Below, piece by piece: positions 10,581-20,814 of a DNA stretch of 64,000 nucleotides; the stretch's first letter is position 1; every line of letters starts with the position of its first letter. Origin of the DNA: an uncultured Planctomycetota bacterium (GTDB lineage: Bacteria > Planctomycetota > Phycisphaerae > Tepidisphaerales > Tepidisphaeraceae); the NCBI GenBank assembly GCA_963841915.1, contig CAWJEN010000005.1, positions 896,001 through 960,000 of the forward strand. Reading direction: 5' to 3'. The notes under the pieces were generated by a model, which ran no database searches, was not told the DNA's origin, and worked only from the letters and a program-made list of their open reading frames with translations. A program made the position numbers and the translations under genes.

Positions 10581-10687
10581 AGGTTGTCCGCTCGATCCAT
10601 CGACGGCTTCGATAGATGTGGTAGCTTTGCGGGGATCAAGATCGACTACTGGCCTTGACATCGCGCCACTTCACATCGGAGAAGAGA

Positions 10688-11434
10688 ATGAACCGCCTCA
10701 ACTGCATTGCCGTCGTCCTCGGCCTCGCCGCCGCTTCTTCCGCCACCCAGGCGGCCGTCGTAACGACCGAAGTGTTCAACAACACGTCGCGGACGTTCTT
10801 TCCGGTCCTGAACAACGATCTTATCGACGGCGTCCTGCCGACCGTGACTGACGCAACGATGGACCCGGGGTTTGTCCCCCTCAACTCGAGCTTCACGATC
10901 GACAACATCACCGACGGCAGCAACAGCAATTCCGGCGGCAGCATCGTCGACACTCGCTACGACGCGGGCGAGTCGGCCGTCGGCACGCTCATGTACGAGC
11001 TGACCTTCGACCTCGACACGTCCGTCAATGCACTCGGCTACGACATTTCGTCGATCATCTCGACGACTAACGGTTCCGATGAACGCGTCAATCAGGACAT
11101 TGAAATTTTCTTCAGCTTCGTCGGCGACGGTGGCTTCACCTCGATCGACCGGAACCTCTACGCGCCGCGCGGCAACGATCGCGGAGACGCCAGCGCGCAG
11201 GTGACCTTCACGGACACCACCGGACTGCTGGGCAGCGGCGTTGATGCGGTTCGCTTCCGCACATACCTGGTCAACGACACCCTGCTCGACGGCACGACGA
11301 CGCCAAGCCCGAATGGTGCCACCGTCTTCAGCGAGTTTGACGTCGTTGCTATTGCAACGGTCCCGGAGCCGACCTCGGCACTGGCCGGCCTGGCCGGCCT
11401 GGCCATGCTCGCGATGCGTCAGCGTTCGCGTTGA
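10688..11434 (+). CDS. PEP-CTERM exported protein
   Basis: Signal peptide; C-terminal VPEPTSALAGLAGLAMLAMRQRSR. Confidence 0.9.
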   Translation: MNRLNCIAVVLGLAAASSATQAAVVTTEVFNNTSRTFFPVLNNDLIDGVLPTVTDATMDPGFVPLNSSFTIDNITDGSNSNSGGSIVDTRYDAGESAVGTLMYELTFDLDTSVNALGYDISSIISTTNGSDERVNQDIEIFFSFVGDGGFTSIDRNLYAPRGNDRGDASAQVTFTDTTGLLGSGVDAVRFRTYLVNDTLLDGTTTPSPNGATVFSEFDVVAIATVPEPTSALAGLAGLAMLAMRQRSR

Positions 11435-11650
11435 GCCGATCGTGTCGGGCAGTACGATCTGAGCCGTTCAAGCAGGACGGCGTCAGTGCCTCGCGTGCCG
11501 TGCCGCTCATCAGGCCAACTCTGTGCGACGGAGCTGCCTCGAAGGGCGTGACGACGGGCGCGGTCGGCGAAGAGCGTTGCGTTTCAAATGACCTGGAGCG
11601 GGAGGATCCGCGACACGGGCTGTTATCCCACCTGTTCCGAAGGAGGAACC

Positions 11651-12415
11651 ATGTCTGTTATCGATCATCGCATCCGTGCTCGCCGTCAACGAGGCTTCAC
11701 GCTAGTGGAGCTCTTGGTTGTCATCGGCATCATCGCGCTGCTCATTTCCATTCTGCTGCCGACGCTGAGTTCCGCCCGCAAGTCCGCCAAAGCCGTCGCG
11801 TGCCTCAGTAACCTCAGACAAATGGGAACAGCCCTCGTGCAGTATGCCAACGACGAGAGCCTGTGGCTGCCAGCGCCGTTCGGCGATCAGAATCCGAACA
11901 ATGATCCGGGTGCAGATCCGAAGTGGTACGCGAGCGTTGTCCTTGGCAGGTACACGACCGGTGGAGAGGTGCTTCTCTGTGGCGAGGACGACACGCCGCT
12001 TGATGTTCGGAACAACTTCAACTGGTCTTTGCCTGCCGGAGATCGGGAGCGGGTAGTCAACCTCAGCTACGCCTACAACGGCGGGTGGGACCGAGAGTTT
12101 TCTCATCGCAGACTCAGTTCCATCAAAAATTCCACGGTAGTTCGTGCAGTCGGCGATCAAGGCTTGGGTAAGGAGCACAACGGAACCTTCAACTTCGAGA
12201 ACCTTTCGAATTGGACCGAGCAGTTTCCCTTCACACGCCACGACGGCGACACGAACTTGAATTTCTTCGACGGGCATGCTGAAAAGGTGCCGGGCGCCGA
12301 GGAGCCTTCCGATCGTCCTGAATGGGAATTTCAGGACTTCGCCGACGATACCGAGAGCGAGTTCAAGAGGGCCTGGGACAGCGGGTACTGGTTCAGCACC
12401 GTATGGCGAGGCTGA
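11651..12415 (+). CDS. prepilin-type N-terminal cleavage/methylation protein with H-X9-DG motif (DUF1559-like)
   Basis: [53 protein letters not shown]. Confidence 0.9.
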   Translation: MSVIDHRIRARRQRGFTLVELLVVIGIIALLISILLPTLSSARKSAKAVACLSNLRQMGTALVQYANDESLWLPAPFGDQNPNNDPGADPKWYASVVLGRYTTGGEVLLCGEDDTPLDVRNNFNWSLPAGDRERVVNLSYAYNGGWDREFSHRRLSSIKNSTVVRAVGDQGLGKEHNGTFNFENLSNWTEQFPFTRHDGDTNLNFFDGHAEKVPGAEEPSDRPEWEFQDFADDTESEFKRAWDSGYWFSTVWRG

Positions 12416-12468
12416 ACACAACAAAGCATTCACATTGCTTTTCATCAACCGGTCACCAACGTCTCATA

Positions 12469-14442
12469 ATGAAGAAGCTCTCAACGCCATTTCTATCGCT
12501 TCTGACCGTTGCGTTTCTCGCTCATGCTCTGTACGCCGAGTCGGCCGACAAGCAGGAAGAGCAAGGTGACGCGGTCGCGCTGCCTGACGACGCGCAGCAA
12601 CTCATCGAAGCCGAACACGACAAGCCCTCGAGCACCAGCGACGTCGTCGAGGTCGAAGGTGCCTCTGGCGGTAAAGTCGTCCAATCGGAATTAGAATGGG
12701 AACCCGTCTTTCAGACGGATGCACTCGCCGAGGTTGCCGGCCCGGTAACGCTCTGGATACGCTATCGCGGCGGCCCGGTTCAACTCAAGACGGTTGTCGA
12801 TGGTCAACAAATAGCTCGAGACTGGAGTTGGGACAAGCCCGAGGTACTGAAGTGGCGAAAGTTGGGTGTCTACGAAACATCTGAGCTCGGAACCAAGGTG
12901 CTTTTCATTCGCGGCAAGGCGGACGGGCCAGTCGCGATCGACTGCATTGCCTACAAAACGGTCAAGACAGAGGAGGAGGAGGTAGGCGACGTTCCGCAGA
13001 ATCCTGGCGAAGCCGGCATCGATAAAGAAGCGACTCGGGGCGACGCAGGCACTTTGCCATCAGCGTCGCCCGACAGTGGCCTGCCGCTACAGATCGTCCC
13101 GTTGTCAGTGGACTGGTCGACCGTTGAGCACGATCTGCCGCAAGAGCTTTGGGGAGTATCGCTCTTCCGCATTGTCCATCCGGTCGACAGCGGTGATCAA
13201 AACTATGTCGATTGGCTTGCGACACTCAATCCTGTGCTCGTTCGGGTTCACAGTGGCGAGATGACCCGCCGCTGGTGGAATGCGGACGCGGAACAGTGGG
13301 ACAAGGAAGCGATGAGGGCCTCCTTCGAGCCACACCGCCAGTTCCTCGAGAAGCCGAACCTGAAGCTGATGATCTGCGCTCCATATGACTGGCCAGCCAG
13401 CGTTCGGAACGAAGCGCAAGACGGCAAGTATCTCGCACCCGATCGATACGATGCGGGTCGGCAAAACTTCAGAGACCTCTTAACGATTCTTATCGACGAT
13501 CTGAGCCTGCCGGTCACGCACCTTGAACTGACGAATGAATGGGACAATACCTACGACAAGCTCGACAAGCTCGATGAGCTTTGGCCTCTGGTGAGAATGC
13601 TCGCCGACGAGGCTCGCGACATTGCGCCTGGCTTACAGGTCGGCGGTCCGGCCTTTACCTACCCAAAGCCGACGTGGATCCATGATCTGCTCGATGTGGC
13701 GGGCGAGCAGATCGACTTCATAAGCTGGCACAGCTATGCGTCGGGTCAACGCACCACCTCGAACGAGGCAGTGATGGCTCGCGTCGCCGAGATTGCCGAC
13801 GAGGCAACGCTCGTCCTGCAAGAGCTCAACGACCGTGGCTTGACAGGCGTCGAGTCGTACGTGACCGAGTTCAACGTCCAGTGGACCTGGCAGCCTTACG
13901 AACGGCGGCACGCCAACAGCATTGGGGCCGCGTTCCAAGCATCGCTCGTCCTCGAGCTCGCCGAGTCGGGCGTTGACGGAGGCGCTGTATGGCACGCGAT
14001 GGGCAATGCTTATGGCCTCGTCGATGACAGCGGTAGCAGGCGAGCGACGGGCCAGCTCTACCTTTGGGCAAATCGCTACGCCTATGGCCAAGTGGCAGTC
14101 TTTAGACTCACCGGCGAAGTTGATCATGCCGAACCATTTGAGCTCGAGCGAAGATTGGCGGTCGCACCGGTGACTATGCCGGACGGTGAACGCACGCTTT
14201 TTCTGGTCAACCAGACAGCGGGTCCAATGCGACTTTCTCGGACCGCCGAAGACATCATGGACGGCAACTCTAACCTTCGTCGCCTGAGCATCACCGCTGA
14301 AGGGGCCGAGGTCGCAGACATGGCACCAGACGAGGCGGTTGAGCTGCCTGGCTACAGCGTCCTCCTTCTGACGACAGCTGCGATGTCGGAGCCCCTCGGC
14401 CGCGTCGACTTGAATGCCCAGCACACGATGTACGATTTTTAA
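12469..14442 (+). CDS. secreted clan GH-A glycoside hydrolase (GH39-like)
   Basis: Signal peptide; ELTNEWD (acid/base), DFISWHSY, YVTEFN (nucleophile). Exact family not determinable by eye. Confidence 0.75.
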   Translation: MKKLSTPFLSLLTVAFLAHALYAESADKQEEQGDAVALPDDAQQLIEAEHDKPSSTSDVVEVEGASGGKVVQSELEWEPVFQTDALAEVAGPVTLWIRYRGGPVQLKTVVDGQQIARDWSWDKPEVLKWRKLGVYETSELGTKVLFIRGKADGPVAIDCIAYKTVKTEEEEVGDVPQNPGEAGIDKEATRGDAGTLPSASPDSGLPLQIVPLSVDWSTVEHDLPQELWGVSLFRIVHPVDSGDQNYVDWLATLNPVLVRVHSGEMTRRWWNADAEQWDKEAMRASFEPHRQFLEKPNLKLMICAPYDWPASVRNEAQDGKYLAPDRYDAGRQNFRDLLTILIDDLSLPVTHLELTNEWDNTYDKLDKLDELWPLVRMLADEARDIAPGLQVGGPAFTYPKPTWIHDLLDVAGEQIDFISWHSYASGQRTTSNEAVMARVAEIADEATLVLQELNDRGLTGVESYVTEFNVQWTWQPYERRHANSIGAAFQASLVLELAESGVDGGAVWHAMGNAYGLVDDSGSRRATGQLYLWANRYAYGQVAVFRLTGEVDHAEPFELERRLAVAPVTMPDGERTLFLVNQTAGPMRLSRTAEDIMDGNSNLRRLSITAEGAEVADMAPDEAVELPGYSVLLLTTAAMSEPLGRVDLNAQHTMYDF

Positions 14443-14529
14443 GGCTCAAGCCGTCTCTGCTGCCTCAGTCGCCTTACGGTAAGACAACGATTCAACGCGA
14501 TCGCCTTTGGGTCCAAGAACGCCGAGCGA

Positions 14530-15552
14530 TCATGAAGTGACCAGCCTCAGCAGGTCATCCACATGAGCTGTCGCCACACACTCGACGGTGTCGGCGGCTC
14601 CATAGTAGACTTTGACTTCGCCATCGGGCTCAAGAATCATGCCGCCAGGGAATATGACGTCGTTGCGAAAGCCCTCGCATTCGTAGCTTTCTTTAGGGAT
14701 CATCAGCGGCTCTTGGCTCATCCCGATGACGCGACTCGGGTCGTCGAGGTCGAGAAGCATCAGTCCGGCAACGTAAGTCTTGTTCCAACTTGCCTCCCAG
14801 CCCCGCTTTGTCGCCTCGGACCTTACCTGGGCGGCGTGGAATGTGGTCAACCAGCCGGCTCGCGTTCGGATCGGCGGCGCAGCCGGCCCGATCTTGTCAT
14901 TACAAAACGGAACCGAGTCCGCTGGAAGCACCAGCCGGTGCTGCCCCCAATCGCGAAGGTCAATCGAGCGACTGAGCCAAATCTCCGGTCGACGCCGAAG
15001 GTAGTAACCCAACATCGGTCTCTCGAGTCGAACGAACCGCCCGCCGATCGTCTCAGGAAACAGCACCATGTTGCGATTGTCCGGAAGACTGAGCGACAGC
15101 ACCTCCCAATTTCCAAAGTCCTCAGTTACCGCGATGCCGCCACGTAATCCGTAGCGGGTATCGACGGCGAAGCACATGTACACGCGACCGTCGATGACAG
15201 TCAAGCGGGGGTCGTAGAAGCGAAACACATCTTCGGGCGTTTCCTGTGGTGACAGATGATCCGCCACCATTTTGCGCGCTGTCTCAAGATTAATGCACGG
15301 CTGCGCATCAACACACCAGTTGAAGCCGTCCTTGCTGGTCGCGAGACCAATATTCGTTCCATCAAACTGTCGCTGCCCCGACGCCTCACGTACAGCAAAA
15401 GCCTCGGCGCCGACGGGCCCAAAATCATTGCGAAACACCATCGCGTACCGCCCAGAGTACTTGCACACGCCAGCATTGAAGATCAGCGACGCCGGAAACG
15501 GAACCATCCCGGCAGAAAGCACAGGATTCAACGGGTGGCGTACTAACGTCAT
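14530..15552 (-). CDS. GH130 beta-mannoside phosphorylase/glycosidase
   Basis: RHPLNP, FNAG, YDPRLT, NRNMVLFPE, KIGPAAPP, VIFPGG and YYGAAD motifs. Alternative start at 15588. Confidence 0.9.
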   Translation of the reverse strand: MTLVRHPLNPVLSAGMVPFPASLIFNAGVCKYSGRYAMVFRNDFGPVGAEAFAVREASGQRQFDGTNIGLATSKDGFNWCVDAQPCINLETARKMVADHLSPQETPEDVFRFYDPRLTVIDGRVYMCFAVDTRYGLRGGIAVTEDFGNWEVLSLSLPDNRNMVLFPETIGGRFVRLERPMLGYYLRRRPEIWLSRSIDLRDWGQHRLVLPADSVPFCNDKIGPAAPPIRTRAGWLTTFHAAQVRSEATKRGWEASWNKTYVAGLMLLDLDDPSRVIGMSQEPLMIPKESYECEGFRNDVIFPGGMILEPDGEVKVYYGAADTVECVATAHVDDLLRLVTS

Positions 15553-15927
15553 TGCTCTTGTTGTAACAGATCGACGCGATCGAGTCATTTCTCTCGCCAC
15601 TTTGCTCAACGTCCTGACTCTCGTTCTGACTCATCCGACCGTCTAGTGGAGTTTAGAGCGCAGTGAGACGTCTACGCTCAGGCTAAAGTGTGAACATCCT
15701 GTCGAAATGCAACGTTTTGATCGGACTCGGTCAGCGGAAAGAGCGTCTGACTCCGAGTCTAGAGCAAAGTCGGGAGCGTCCCGCCCAGACCGCAGCGAGT
15801 TGGTGTCGCAGCGAGCTAGCGAAAATGAGGAGTCTGAGAAGTGAGCAGACGTGAAGAGCAATAGTCGCACCCACTGCGATGACTACATGCCTCAGCTCTA
15901 CCACCTCTGAACGCACCGCGGCCAGTG

Positions 15928-16230
15928 TTCAAAAAAAAAGTATCAAGAGCTGCGTGTCCGCCAATCCCGCCTCGAACGCTGAATCGAAGCCGCCGGTCGA
16001 GGCCATAATGAGAAGGCTAAGCAAGCCCTCAAACTGTTCAAACTTTCACTAAGCCTGCGAGAACGGTGGCTTACGGCCGATTACGCCACGAAGCGAACGA
16101 TCCTCGACCTCCTCTGGTCGAACTTTCGCCTCGGGGCGTAAGACTCGTTCCCGCAGTGAGAGAGCCCTTCGATGTGCTCGTCGAAGGGCTTGAACTCGCC
16201 AAAGGTCGGGCTGACAGGATTCGATTCTGC
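15928..16230 (+). pseudogene. C-terminal remnant of a site-specific (probably large serine) recombinase
   Basis: Own translation with one stop and frameshifts: [93 protein letters not shown]. Resembles recombinase C-termini as recalled, and ends inside a tRNA 3' end. Confidence 0.6.
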
Positions 16231-16280
16231 GACCTCTTGACACCCAGTCAAGCGCACTAACCAAACTGCGCCACAGCCCG
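16204..16280 (-). tRNA. tRNA-Pro(GGG), degenerate, probably pseudo-tRNA or att copy
   Basis: CGGGCTG/CAGCCCG acceptor stem and CTTGA-CTGGGTG-TCAAG anticodon arm. The T arm reads GCAGAATCGAATCCTGT instead of GCAGGTTCGAATCCTGT, and the 3' end is ACCT. Confidence 0.75.
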
Positions 16281-16334
16281 TTGAGCCGACAGATGCACTG
16301 CCGCCCCTTGGCAGATGCAGCATTTTGCGGAACT

Positions 16335-16470
16335 ATGAATGTGGCCCTTTTCGGTTCCGGCGGACGGGAGCACGCCCTCGCGTGGAAACTGTGCCAATCG
16401 CCCCGGCTCGGCAAGCTCCACGCGTGGCCAGGCAACCCCGGCATCGCAGCCGTCTCGCACAAAGTCACGT
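16335..16470 (+). pseudogene. purD: 5' fragment of phosphoribosylamine-glycine ligase
   Basis: [38 protein letters not shown] is the PurD N-terminus; similarity ends after about 45 aa. Confidence 0.85.
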
Positions 16471-16784
16471 GCCGATTGATCGGACGTCGAACTTCAAAGC
16501 TGACCGATTTGGGGGACCGGACTCAGTCGCTCGACCTCCTCTACGAAGCCGTTCATAAGGGCGAGCGCATCATCGAGGCCGCGGTAGCATGTTGGGGCCT
16601 CCGTTCGCAGCGAGGCATCGTCGACGCGTGCCGTGATGTAGACCTGACGTCGCAGGTTGGCGAAGTCGAAGTTGATGGCGGCTCGCTTGGCGTCTGACCG
16701 GCTCATCGTTAGCCCGGTGCCGTGCCGCAGGCAGCATTCGATTTCTTCAACACGCTCGGTCGCGCGGACCAGCGACATGTCATC

Positions 16785-17009
16785 GAGCAGGGGCGACTTG
16801 TTCGTGACTTGGGCAAGACTCTCCTCGATGTAATCGATCGAGCCGACGAAGTGAACTGAGACATCATCGTCGCGACCGGCCCGCAGTACGTCATCCCAAA
16901 GCTGTTCGCACTACTTGGCTTCCCATGAGTAAGTCCGCTGATAAATAGGGATGATGAAGTGCGGGGCATTGTCGAGGAAGGCGAGGAGCTTGGCTTCGCT
17001 GGCGTTCAT
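16785..17009 (-). pseudogene. DUF262 (GmrSD-type) nuclease N-terminal fragment
   Basis: MNASEAKLLAFLDNAPHFIIPIYQRTYSWEAK*CEQLWDDVLRAGRDDDVSVHFVGSIDYIE; internal TAG; truncated before the DGQQR motif. Confidence 0.8.
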
Positions 17010-17092
17010 ATGAAGGCGGTCATCGTGCCTCTCCACATGAAGTGCTGCAACTTTGGCGGATCCGCCGCAGGAGAAGAGGTGGTTTGCTTTTG

Positions 17093-18202
17093 TCAGTCCG
17101 CGGGCACGAACCGCACGACCAGCGTGATGTAGTTGCCCGCGTCGCAATCGGCGAGTTGCTTCACGAAGGCGGCGGGGCCGGTGTTGAAGGTGTAAGTGCC
17201 GACGTTGTTCCAGGTGCCGATCTTCTTGCGCTGGTCGACGTTCACCTCTTCGACACCATCGGCGTGACCCGCATTTTGCGTTGATCGACGGGAAGCCAAT
17301 TGCCCTCGAGTTCTAACGTGGCGGCTGCAAATCTGTCGGCGGGCTCGCCCGAGCCCGAGTAGATAAGGATGCCGTTGACGGCGTCGGTGCCGCGCTGAAG
17401 CACCCCGCTGCCGACTGCCTGATTAGCGAGTTTGGCTTCGTACCACTTGCGGTCCACGCGGTGGATGGAATCAGAGTCGACCGTGACGCCGTCGTGTTGG
17501 GGTTGATGACGCGAGTTTTCGCGTTCGCCTCGGAGCACGTCGCCCGCCCGCCCGGCGAGCTAAAGGTAGTGGTCGGGCGGCAGATCGCCGTAGGTGAGGA
17601 AGGGGCTTTGGCCAACGGGCGGATTGGCGGTGACTTGGAGATGTTGGTGCCTTCGTCGATCTCGTCGAACATGGCCACGTAAATCATGTCGGCCCCGGCG
17701 TCGATGTTGTGGTGTATCTGCGACCAGAAGAATTCGCCCTGCTGGCGAGGCGTGCTGTCGAGCTTGCCGCCGTGCTGGTTGTGCCGGGAGAAGCCCGGTG
17801 AGATGACGGGAAGTAAGCCAAGGCCGTTGGCTTTGCACCACTGCATGACCGGGACGTGCTTCTCTTGGATGAAGGCTTAGCCTTCGGCGATGGTATTGAA
17901 GCGAACGGGGGTCCATGGCAACACGACGTCGGCTTTCTTAAGGACTTCGCGGAGCTTGTCGTACGTTCCGCCTTGGCTAAAGCGCCAGTCGTTTTCACAG
18001 CCGATGATGACGGTGTAGCCGCCGTACACAGGGTCGTTCTGGAGCAGGTCGATGACACGCTCATAGAAGTCGGGTGTCCAGGCGCGGGCGGCAAACAGAC
18101 CCCACAACGAGATGACCGGCTTGCCCTTGTAGTGTAGATAGGCCTTATCTTTGGGATCTTTACCGATCTGCATGCGGTCGACGAGGCGTGTCCAGTCGTC
18201 AT
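17093..18202 (-). pseudogene. GH71/99-like glycoside hydrolase with C-terminal beta-sandwich, fragmented
   Basis: YLHYKGKPVISLWG, PGFS, MIYVAMFDEIDEGT, DHYL and VDQRKKIGTWNNVGTYTF are spread over several frames with stops; 5' part missing. Confidence 0.7.
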
Positions 18203-18534
18203 GAAACATTCGGAGGGCGAGCCAGACTACTTCGATGGGCTTGGGAATGGAGACGACCACAGACATGGAACTGACGTTGCAGTCGCTGCAGCTTGCCGCA
18301 TTGGCCTTGGTGGCGGGGGTGGTGCTTCTGACGCTTTCGTTCAGCCGAATCCTTTCGAGCGTGAGTCGGATGGTGGCGAAGACTGAGCTGTCGGCGGCTC
18401 CCGCATGTCAGCCTCAGCGACGCCCAATAGCCGGGCGCGCCGACGTGGGCAGTCGCAGTGTGAAGCCCTCACATCGAGCAGGTTCTGCTTTCGATGAACT
18501 GCCTGACTTGTTAATGTCGTCGGCGGAGCCTCCC

Positions 18535-18915
18535 ATGACCCACAACCCAGTTCCCTGGTTCGAGATCTATGTTCAAGACATGCCAGCCGCTCAGGCATTT
18601 TATGAGCAGGTGCTTGGGCATTCGCTATCGAAGCTGCCGGCACCCGAGGGATCGACTGGTGAGATGATGGCGTTCCCGATGGAGCAAGACGGTCCGGGCG
18701 CAAGTGGTGCATTGGTGAAGATCGAGGGCGTTCCGTCAGGGAGCGGCGGGACGATGGTCTACTTCAACAGCCAGGACGTGACGACGGAACTCGATCGCGT
18801 CGAGGCGGCAGGTGGCAAGGTGCTGCGCACGAAGATGTCGATCGGCCAGTACGGCAACATCGGCATCTTCCAGGATATTGACGGCAACGTCGTCGGGCTG
18901 CACTCGCAGGCCTGA
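18535..18915 (+). CDS. VOC/glyoxalase-family protein
   Basis: NPVPWFEIYVQDM...FYEQVLG...VEAAGGKV...DIDGNVVGLHS. Confidence 0.9.
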   Translation: MTHNPVPWFEIYVQDMPAAQAFYEQVLGHSLSKLPAPEGSTGEMMAFPMEQDGPGASGALVKIEGVPSGSGGTMVYFNSQDVTTELDRVEAAGGKVLRTKMSIGQYGNIGIFQDIDGNVVGLHSQA

Positions 18916-18918
18916 GGC

Positions 18919-19554
18919 CTAAACCGCAGTCTCGAGCAGCGACACGTCGCCACCGGTAATGGCAGCGAGGTTGCGCGTGATCTTGTCGGCCGGCCAATCC
19001 CACCACGCGATTGCCAGCAGGCGGTCGATGGTGGCGTCGTCAAATCGCTTGCGGATGAGCGTTGCCGGGTTGCCACCGACGACGGCGTAGGGCGGCACGT
19101 CCCGCGTCACGACGCCCCCGGCGGCGAGGACCGCGCCGTCGCCGATGGTGACGCCAGGCATGAAGGTGACGTCGTACCCGATCCAAACGTCGTTACCGAT
19201 GCGGGTGTCGCCTTTGTGCGGAAAGCTGTCGGGGCGACTCTCCTCCCAGCCGTTGCCGAAGATGAAGAACGGATAGGTCGACAGGCCTCTAGTCGCATGA
19301 TTGCCGCCGTTCATGATGAAGCGAACGTTGCGGGCAATGGCACAGAACTTACCGATGACGAGCTTGTCTCCGACAAAGTCGAAGAGGTACAGGACGTTCT
19401 TCAGAAAGTTGTCGCTGCCAAGCGGGTCGTCGTAGTAGGTGTAATCGCCTACATCGATCTGCGGGTGATCGACGACGTTCTTGAGGTAAGTGACCTGCTC
19501 AAACCCCTGCATCGGGTGCGGGTGTAGCGGGTCTGGGCCGTTTGGCTTTGGCAT
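18919..19554 (-). CDS. Vat/CatB-family hexapeptide-repeat O-acetyltransferase
   Basis: [47 protein letters not shown]. Confidence 0.9.
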   Translation of the reverse strand: MPKPNGPDPLHPHPMQGFEQVTYLKNVVDHPQIDVGDYTYYDDPLGSDNFLKNVLYLFDFVGDKLVIGKFCAIARNVRFIMNGGNHATRGLSTYPFFIFGNGWEESRPDSFPHKGDTRIGNDVWIGYDVTFMPGVTIGDGAVLAAGGVVTRDVPPYAVVGGNPATLIRKRFDDATIDRLLAIAWWDWPADKITRNLAAITGGDVSLLETAV

Positions 19555-19581
19555 GTCCGAGTGGCGGGGCGTCATCGACCT

Positions 19582-20070
19582 TCACTCGCCGCTTGGCAGG
19601 TCAGTGCCGAGGTCGCGCACCTTCTGGGCCGACTCTTCTGCCGACTGCGCCTTGTCGAGCAACGTCTGCACCTCTGCGATGGGAGCGGCAAAGGCCTCGG
19701 GCAGCTCGGCCTTAACGGCGGCGACGTCTTCCATCACCCGCTCGGCGGCGTCGAAGTTGCCGGCCTCGATGGCGGTGCGGGCATCGGCCAAACGCATGCG
19801 AACCTGCTCGGCAAGCTCAGCACCACTCAGTGTCGACAGGTCAACGTCGGCCGCTGCACGCATTTGGTCGGCGGCTTCGGCGAGATCGCCCTCGGCCTCC
19901 TTGAGCTTGTCAGCCGCCTCGTCGCCATACTCGCTGGCGGCTTCGGCGTACTCACCGGCGGCAGCATCAATACTGGCGGCGGCGTCGTTGACATCGTCGT
20001 CTCCACCGTCGTCGCAGCCGACGAAGAGTAGGGAGGCGGCCAAAAGGGCATGGTGGCTGAAGCGTGTCAT
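19582..20070 (-). CDS. acidic helical lipoprotein, hypothetical
   Basis: LFVGC lipobox; Ala/Glu-rich helices; TAGCAT box 6 nt upstream of ATG. Confidence 0.7.
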   Translation of the reverse strand: MTRFSHHALLAASLLFVGCDDGGDDDVNDAAASIDAAAGEYAEAASEYGDEAADKLKEAEGDLAEAADQMRAAADVDLSTLSGAELAEQVRMRLADARTAIEAGNFDAAERVMEDVAAVKAELPEAFAAPIAEVQTLLDKAQSAEESAQKVRDLGTDLPSGE

Positions 20071-20244
20071 CACAGCATGCTATCGCAGATCGGTCCTGCG
20101 CGAACGCATGCCGTTCTGGAAGACGATGCCGCATTTGTAGAAATCAGATTTTCTTGCGCCAGTTGCGAGTCGGCTTGCGATCTTGCCTTGTTCGGCCGCT
20201 GCAACGTCGCGGCGGCTGGAAGCTTCCACGCAGGTACTATCTCA

Positions 20245-20799
20245 ATGAATCTCACCACCACTGGCCTTGTCACCCTCGCCACCGCCGCCTTCGGCGTCGC
20301 CAGCCTTGCCCAAGCCGGCGACGGCTGCACCTACAGCAAGCAGCAGGCGTCCTGCTACATTTCAGCCGATCTCGAGGCAACGTCAACCATCGTCGACGTT
20401 GCCAAGGCGAGCAAGAGTCCGTCGTTCCAGACGCTCGTCAAGCTCGTCGCCGCAGCAGACTTGGCTGAGGCCTTGTCGAGCGGTGAGTTCACTGTCTTTG
20501 CGCCGACAGACGAGGCCTTTGCGAAGCTGCCGGACGGCACGGCAGAAACGCTTCTGGCTGAGGAAGGCCGCGCGACGCTCAAGACGATTTTGACGTACCA
20601 CGTCGTTCCGTCGAAAATCCTTTCGAAGGACATCCCAGAGGGCACGACCGAAGTCGAAACGCTTGCCGGTCAGATGCTGACCGTTGTGCGTGACGGCGAC
20701 TCAATCATGGTCAATGGCAAGAAGGTCGCTGCGGCAGACGTCATGGCCAGCAACGGTGTGATTCACGTCCTCAGCGACGTGCTGATGCCGAAGTCTTGA
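20245..20799 (+). CDS. fasciclin-domain (MPT70/83-like) secreted protein
   Basis: Signal peptide; FTVFAPTDEAFAKL, ILTYHVV, ASNGVIHV. Confidence 0.92.
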   Translation: MNLTTTGLVTLATAAFGVASLAQAGDGCTYSKQQASCYISADLEATSTIVDVAKASKSPSFQTLVKLVAAADLAEALSSGEFTVFAPTDEAFAKLPDGTAETLLAEEGRATLKTILTYHVVPSKILSKDIPEGTTEVETLAGQMLTVVRDGDSIMVNGKKVAAADVMASNGVIHVLSDVLMPKS

Positions 20800-20814
20800 A
20801 GCAGAAGCGAGGTA

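Noticed and set aside
15931..15939. A9 homopolymer as a phase-variation tract
   Set aside because: It lies within an already broken recombinase remnant, so there is no intact gene to switch.
18235..18534. N-terminal TM extension fused in frame to the VOC protein
   Set aside because: The VOC domain starts cleanly at 18535 and the upstream part borders the decayed region; probably a remnant or chance open frame.
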